Assembly: GCA_001179505.1 (NCBI GenBank)
Contig: CDMY01000887.1
Span: 179,293 to 243,292, forward strand
DNA from: Vitrella brassicaformis CCMP3155
Taxonomy: Eukaryota > Protista > Chromerida
DNA length: 64,000 nucleotides
Direction of reading: 5' to 3'
Shown: in pieces, positions 57,493 through 64,000 of the stretch
Layout of the letters: every line of letters begins with the position of its first letter
Numbering within the stretch: the first letter of the stretch is position 1
Translations under genes and position numbers: made by a program
Notes under the pieces: model-generated
Told to the model about the DNA's origin: nothing
Seen by the model: the letters and a program-made list of their open reading frames with translations, nothing else
Databases searched by the model: none

Positions 57493-60383
57493 TCAATCTC
57501 CATCTGCAAGTTGACAATGGGCAGATGCCGGAAGAGAGCCACACATGCCACGATCGCTAAGAAAAGTCTCCCGGAGGCTGGCGGCCTCTAAACAGAACAG
57601 CCGGACCTGTAGTCGGCCATCTCGCCTGAGTCGCTGTCACTGTCCCTGTCCCTGTCATCCTCTCTCTGCTCGGTGCCCTGACACACCTACACACATACAA
57701 TCAATCAAGGTAGGTGTGCCAGCCTCTCCATCAATCGCTGTGCTCGTTGCTTACCTTGTGTGCGACATCCTCCGGCGCAGCAACACCCACAAGGCTGTTG
57801 GTGTGACAGTCGTCGTCCAGGTCGTCAGGGATGGCCTTGGATGTCATGCGTGTCTTGTCAAGGTACAGGTGCGCCTTGCTGTCGATCTCATCGAAGTAGC
57901 TAAAGCGGCACAGCACAGGGAAGCCGACACTCCATGAGACCTGAGTCCATGAGACCTGAGTGTCGTTTGTGCGTGGCTCACCAGGACTTGTGGAACTGTT
58001 GGGTCACCAACCTGCACACACACACACACACAGACGCAACCACATGCACCACACGGCCGTCGTGTGCGTTGATTGGTGTCTTCAAGTTGCGTACTCGTTG
58101 ACGCGCCCCTGGATGGAGCGGAACCCCTCGTCGGCCACATAGTCGAGACGGGCAAGGTCGATCTGACAATCATGAGCCACATCAAGACGCAGGCAATCAT
58201 GAGTGGCCCATCCGTCCGGCTTACGACGTCGGCACGTGTCTTCTTGGGCATGTTGGCATTGATGTTGCCCTTGCTGGCGAGGCGAGCCAGCTCATCCTCG
58301 ATGAAGTTGTCGCACAGCACGTCAGACTCCTGCACGCACACACGCACACACACACACACACACACTTTTGCCCCCTCAAGCATATACGACGGCCTGGGTA
58401 CCTTCATGATGACAGGGTCATTCTTGTTGGTGGAATCGGCGAATGGGAAGAAGGGCACCACAGAGTTTGCCCCGGCATTGAGACGACCTGCAGCAATCGC
58501 CGAGCAATGGGACACGGATGTCCCATACTCCCTTCTGCGTGGCCCACACTTTTCCTCACCACTGAACGGAGTACTGAACCTCTCGGAAATGCGCCTGCGT
58601 GTCTCTCGTCGCGTCGCGTGCAGCACCTGATCCAGCGTCTGAGACACACAACCAACAGTCGGCACAGCACACACCGCCAGCTAAGGAGACGGCCCCGCTC
58701 ACCTCCTTGTCGGCTCGTGCAATGGTGGGATTGTCGTTGCCGATTTTCATGACGATGTCGTCGAGCATGTTAGTCGTGAGGATGAAGACCAGCTTCGAAC
58801 AGTCGACGGCCTCCGTCTAAACACAAGCGCAGAGGGACACTTAGAGAGTCTAAGCCATTGATCGGTACTCATGACCTGGCTTCGTCCGCTCTTAAGTTGC
58901 TTGTCGTGCCATTCGCCGCGATCGAACACTGAATGAGCACACAAACAGGGTCACCAAGCTGAGAGCGAATCAGGTGGATGGATGGATGGATGGATGGGTG
59001 TGAGCACGGACCGTTCAGTAGAGCCTCGTGGGCAGATCGCTCGCCGATCTTCTCGAACTCGTCTAGCAGCACCACACCAAACTGATAAATAAGAGAGAAA
59101 GACAAACATACATACACCCAAGTGGCCCCCCTCTGTTGTAGCCCAGGCCTCCCTGTGTGTACCTTCTTGTGATGCTGTGCGATGAAGTTGTTGAGCTTCG
59201 ATCCCTCCTTGGCGCCCTGGTAGGCACCCGCCGCGCCAAACAGCTCCGTCTTGGTCGAGAACTGCTCGCAGGAGACCTTGAGCAGGTCACTTCCCTCACC
59301 GAACACGGCAGCCAACCGCTGACCCATCTACCAAACAAACAGCACACACACACACCAGACACACCCGCCTCGCACAAATGACGTTGACGGCACCTCATGT
59401 GTGGTGTGCTCACCTCGGTCTTGCCATGTCCGCTCGGCCCGCACAACATCAGCACCAGGGGCCGCTTGGCGCCTCCCTCAGACTGGTCCTTGGCCCAGCA
59501 GGCCATCGCCAGGTGGACGGCGTAGGTGGCAGGCCGCTGCCCGACCAGCCAGTACTCGATTGAGGGCAGGTAGTGGAGCCGAGGGAAGGGCATCTTGTCG
59601 CCGATTTCCTTGAGGCGGTCCTTCTTCATGCGCTTGTGGATTCGAGCGCGTTCCAGCCAGTACGTGACACCGATCGTGGCGTTGGGGGAGTCGTCGAGCT
59701 TGCGACCATCTGCACACACGCAGACACAATTGGATCAAGAGCCCAATTGCAAGAGCGTCCTTGACTGACCTTGGTTCTCTTGGTCTGGGTCAGCTCCGAG
59801 GCCCAGCAGGAAGGCGACGGCCTGACGACGGCGGCTGTTGTCGATGTCGGCATCCCAGATGGTCCACTTCAGCGTGTCGTCCGCGTCAAACAGAAACGTC
59901 TCAACCATCTTTACACACACACACACACACACTCCTAGCTAGACATCACGTGGTGCCATTGCTCTCTCCTTTCTCAGCCAGCGACCTCGCATGATCTCCT
60001 CGAGCCGCCAGGTCCACGGGGAGCACTGGATGAGCTGCTTAAGGTGCGTCCGCTTGGCACCATCCTCCCAGTCAGCGATGAGGCTCTCAGGGTCGTGGTA
60101 GGCCTGGCCCACCCACACAGAAGAGACAGAATCATTGCTGCAGGGGAAAGCTGGGTTTGTCTGTCGACGTTCCTACCCCCTTGCTGCGATATGCATCTCT
60201 GATCTCGTCCAGCTGCGGCAGCACCCTGAGAGAGAGGAGGATCAACAGCAACACATGACATGAGGTGAGCGCCTGGTGCGTCTGTCTGGTGTGCGCCTAC
60301 TCGTCCAGCCTGTCGCCATTGGTGTTGGTGCAGATCTTGGAAAGCTTCTCGTGAAGCCCGCGAAGCTTTCTGGTCCCCGACAT
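57493..60383 (-). CDS. Stand-alone ClpB/Hsp104 D2-like AAA+ ATPase with a short ankyrin-like N-terminal motif
   Basis: Walker A LCGPSGHGKTE, pore loop ELFGAAGAYQG, GSKLNNF, Walker B VLLDEFEK, VFDRGEW, VDCSKLVFILTTN (sensor 1), SGRLN..VVPFFPF, sensor-2 region EGFRSI; N-terminal AVAFLLGLGADPD. Confidence 0.88.
58345..58383 (+). repeat. (CA)n-TTTTGCCCCCTCAAGCAT dispersed repeat, copy 2 (intronic)
   Basis: Identical tail to 51118-51135; lies in an intron of the AAA+ gene. Confidence 0.8.
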
Positions 60384-60556
60384 TGTTTACGTACAAGCAA
60401 GTAAATCGGCGGGATTAAGAGGGGAGAGGAGGCGGGGGAGGAGTGATGAGAATGATGAGAATGATGCAGGAGCTATCCCTATTCCTGTCAGTCAGCCTCG
60501 CTCACCTCAGGCCGCTGTGACGTTGGCTGCAGCCCTGTACGCCTTAACTCCCGACC

Positions 60557-63500
60557 ATGGATCCTTCCGCAAGCCTCGAGCTCATGGACTCTTCCTCCTC
60601 CATGGCATCCTCCTACCGTGAGGACGGAAGCGGCACTCCATCGTTTGGTCAGGAGGGCCACCAGCACCAGTACCAGCACCAGTACCAGCACCAGCAGCAG
60701 CTCTGCCTGCAGCAGCTCGAGCTTGAGCAGGATGACGAAGAGGACACTCTGACCCGACAGCAGTCGATGGTGAGCAATGCTCTCCTCTCTTCTTTCTTTC
60801 TGTGGTCGGTTGGTCGGTTGGGTGGCGTGTGTTTCTATGTTTTTGCGGTCGGTTGGGTGGCGTGTGTCGTACCAGGAACAGGCAACACAGGAGATGCGGA
60901 TGCGTCTTGAGGAATCGGCCAAGAGGGAGTTGGCCCTGCAGACCGCTCAGGCGCAGATGAGGGTCAGCACATCACTCGCACGCAGAGCTTTTTTCCCACG
61001 AACCAAATACCTACCTCTGCATGTCCATGCCATTCAGAGTGTCGTGTCCAAGGTTGTGGACAAAGCCAACTCGGTCGATCTCGTGACCATGATGGACTGC
61101 ACCGGCAGCATGACGCCCTACATGCGAGAGGCGAAGCGCACCCTGACCCATATCATCGACGAACTCAAGGTAGCCGCACGACGCTCCACCACACTAATCA
61201 TCGACAACCGTCACACCTGTTGTGCTGCATTCTCTCAGGACTCGAACCCCAACATGCGCTTCCGCGTCGGATTCGTCGGCTACCGCGACTTCGAGGGCGG
61301 AAGTAAGCGGCTGGCCATCTGGCCGCTCACTGACGACATCGCATCCGTGACGGACTTCATCGCTCGGCAGAAGGCGTTTGGCGGAGGCGGCGATGGGCCT
61401 GAGGATGTGGCGGGGGCCCTAAAGGCGGTGGGCGACATGCAGTGGCAGGCTCTGACCAAGGCAGTCATTCATGTGGGCGACGCCCCGCCCCACGGCCTAC
61501 AGTACCACGACAACACCTGCCCGGGGCACGGCGATGAGTAAGGGGAGAGACCGCAGAGGCCGACGTAAACATCGCGTGTTTGTTTGTTTGTGTGTGTGTG
61601 TACGTCAGTTACCCTGGTGGCGATCCGAATGGCCTTCGCATCGAGCAGCTGATGCAAGGATTCCGCGCCCTCGGTCTGGACTACTGCTTCGTCAGGATCA
61701 CCAAGCACACCGGCAAGATGATCGAGGTCATGCGTGCCGCCTACGACGACCCGGCCACGTTGCGCCAGGTCCAGGTGGAGCACCTCGGGGGCGACATCGC
61801 CGCCTTCAAGCGCATCGTCGTCCGCTCGGTAGGCAGGCAAACAAACAAACAGGCCGCAGCCACCGCGCCGGTGTGTTTGCATGTTTGATGTGTGGTGCTC
61901 CGTCTTTTTGTGCAGGTGTCTAAGTCCATCTCGAACTCGGTCAAGCGAATGTCGCAGCCGACGCCCGTCCGCCGTCGCAGCTCCATCATGGGACCCAACA
62001 GTGGCTGGCTCGCCTCCATTGCTGAGGACAAGCCCTCTCAGCCGCGCAAGCTTCGCGTCGACAAGAGCCCTCCTAACTGGGACGCTCTCAATGGGACGGT
62101 CAGCGCCAGAAGGAGTGGAGTGTGGTGTGTCCATCATCCTTTCTCTCATCTCTGTCTCTCTGTGTGCAGGAAGAGGACGCCTGCCGGTACACGTACCACG
62201 TCGTGCTGGACAGTAAGGGCACCTGGAAGGCCCCCGAGATCACTGAGACCAAGCAGGACTCGCGTGTGCAGCTGCAGAAGGCCCCCTTTGCCGAGGGCGC
62301 CATGCGGTACGCCTTCTACATGAAGGAGCATTTCCTCGACCTGAAGAGGGTGGGCAGGGAGACAGAGAGTGAGGGAGGGAGAAACGGACGGCGCATTTTT
62401 GTTGTGTGTCGCTCTCTCAGGTGGCCAAGTTGCCGATAGAGTCCCACCGTGGTGGCGAGAAGCTGCGCAAAGACGTGTTGGCTGACATGGAGACGCAGGC
62501 CGTCAGCAAGGCACTGGCAAAGGTGTTCAACGAGGCGCTCCTCAAGAAAGGCATCAAACGCATGATCGACTTCATCGACGTCTGTAAGTCAATGAACGGC
62601 AGAGAGGTTGACCTGTACTCACGTGGAGTGCTGTGGAGTGCTGTACTGTCATATGAACCTTTCAGCTGTGTACGAGTTGCCGTCTCGCGGCGAGAGCGAG
62701 CGCTGGGTGGCAGTCGAGCCCTTCGTCGAGGGACGGTACGAGAAGTACACCAACAACAACGGCTGGGTTAGCAACGAGACCGGCAGCCAGCTGGCACAGG
62801 CCTTCTCCCACTGGAGCTGGGAACACACTGGCGGAGAGCTGATGGTATGATGGATAGCAGGCAGGCAGACAGAGAGCCAGTGCAGACAGCATCCTACCCT
62901 GCTTGTTGCTCGCCGCCTCGCCTGTCGTACAGGTGGTTGACATTCAGGGCGTCAACAACATCTACACCGACCCACAGATCCACTCAAAGGTCAGGCGAGA
63001 GAGCTGGGCGCCTCAATGGCACACCTGTCGCTGTGTGGTGTCTTCAGGACATGACTCGTTATGGCCACGGCAACCTGGGCGAGGAGGGCATGGGCAAGTT
63101 CTTCGCCTCCCACACGTGCAACGAGGTCTGCGTGCGCCTCGGGCTGGACCACCCCAACCCCACGGCGGCCGAGCGAATGATGCGCACATTCAAGAGTGAG
63201 ACCACACACGAGCTTTGACCGGCAGCATGATAAGGCCATCTTGCTGCAGATGCGATGACGCGTGTGCCGGAGGATCTGAGCCTCAGGTGCCGTGGCAAGC
63301 GAGTGGAGCTGCAGACGTCTTGCGAACTGTGCGGCGCCATATTCGATGTATGTGAGGAGACAGCCATCACGATGCACACTGCAGTCAGTCGTGTCGGTGT
63401 CTCGTGCTGACAGGTGGATGTATCGCGTTACTTGGACTTCCGCAGGCAGGGCCGCGACGTCTACTGCGCCACTTGTGAGAAACGCATGGCCCAGGAGGTG

Positions 63501-63611
63501 ACCAAGGCCAGGTGCGCCAAGTGCGGCAACCAGTTCACCTTCTCGTCCTTCTGGTACCGCTGCAAGGGCGTCAAGGAGCCAACCACGCACACAAGGTGCC
63601 GGGCCAAGTAG
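60557..63611 (+). CDS. vWA - alpha-kinase - zinc-ribbon protein (VwkA-like architecture), paralog of 30104-34781 without the HTH
   Basis: Low-complexity S/Q/H N-terminus and short coiled coil; DLVTMMDCTGSM, HVGDAPPHG; PFAEGAMRYAF, KYTNNNGW, AFSHWSW, VVDIQGV..TDPQIH, HTCNEVC; CELC, CATC, CAKC, HTRC. Confidence 0.95.
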
Positions 63612-64000
63612 ACGCCGGCCATGGCTTATCGCAATTGGATTTGTCTAGACAACTTTTTGCCCTCTTTGAATTTCTCATGGCTGGTGAATCGAATCGACAG
63701 AAGAGACTGGTTGAACGTGATGTCGATCCGCGCGATCGGTGTGCGCACGTGATCTGTGTGTCTGTGGTATGGATGGTGTGCAGACGAGCATTTATGCGTC
63801 GCGTGGCGGCGATAGGATCATTCATTCATAAGCTATTGCGTTCCGTCACCATGAAGGTCGACTCAAATCGCAGAGAAGAGACTGTTTGTATGTGACCATC
63901 CATGGTGTCTGTACACATCTTGCCTCAACAATGTCCTCTCCACATGCACTGTGTCCATCCACTGCACCGCTCGCCCGCCCATCTCTATACACACCCGTCC

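Noticed and set aside
57931-57961. 15-bp tandem duplication CCATGAGACCTGAGT x2; similar small duplications at 43451-43486 and 60443-60464
   Set aside because: Isolated slippage-type duplications in introns or intergenic DNA with no further structure.
57493-60383. Torsin assignment for the AAA+ gene
   Set aside because: No signal peptide or hydrophobic N-terminus, and the Walker A and pore-loop motifs are Clp-D2-like rather than torsin GxxGxGKN.
1-64000. rRNA, tRNA or snRNA genes
   Set aside because: No recognisable conserved RNA motifs by eye; a tRNAscan-SE/Infernal run would be needed to exclude them formally.

Overview
Intron-rich, GC-rich eukaryotic genomic DNA: short GT-AG introns, many (CA/GT)n, (GACA)n and (GGAT)n microsatellites, and one 300-N assembly gap. 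The style is consistent with a chromerid alveolate such as Vitrella brassicaformis (inference only). I reconstructed spliced genes by eye and count 13: (1) an orphan with a bipartite-looking presequence, cut by the window edge; (2) a single ~19.5 kb gene for a giant polycystin-1-like (REJ-GPS) receptor with a mosaic lectin/Ig ectodomain; (3) a membrane-anchored GH81 endo-beta-1,3-glucanase; (4) an anoctamin; (5) a vWA-alpha-kinase-zinc-ribbon gene spliced in frame to a pogo/CENP-B transposase-type HTH exon; (6) ARMC2; (7) glutamine-hydrolysing asparagine synthetase; (8) a coiled-coil gene built from tandem exon-intron modules with frameshifts; (9) a stand-alone DFCP1/ZFYVE1 NTPase core without FYVE fingers; (10) a secreted Cys/Pro-Thr-rich orphan; (11) a NEK-type kinase with a split C-lobe; (12) a lone ClpB-D2-like AAA+ ATPase, head-to-head with (13) a second vWA-alpha-kinase paralog that lacks the HTH. 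The most striking signals are the transposase-DBD/alpha-kinase fusion with its unfused, partly gene-converted paralog, the giant REJ-GPS receptor, and the FYVE-less DFCP1 core. No rRNA, tRNA, CRISPR array or intact transposon was seen. Family assignments come from remembered motifs, not database searches, and gene ends are approximate where stated.
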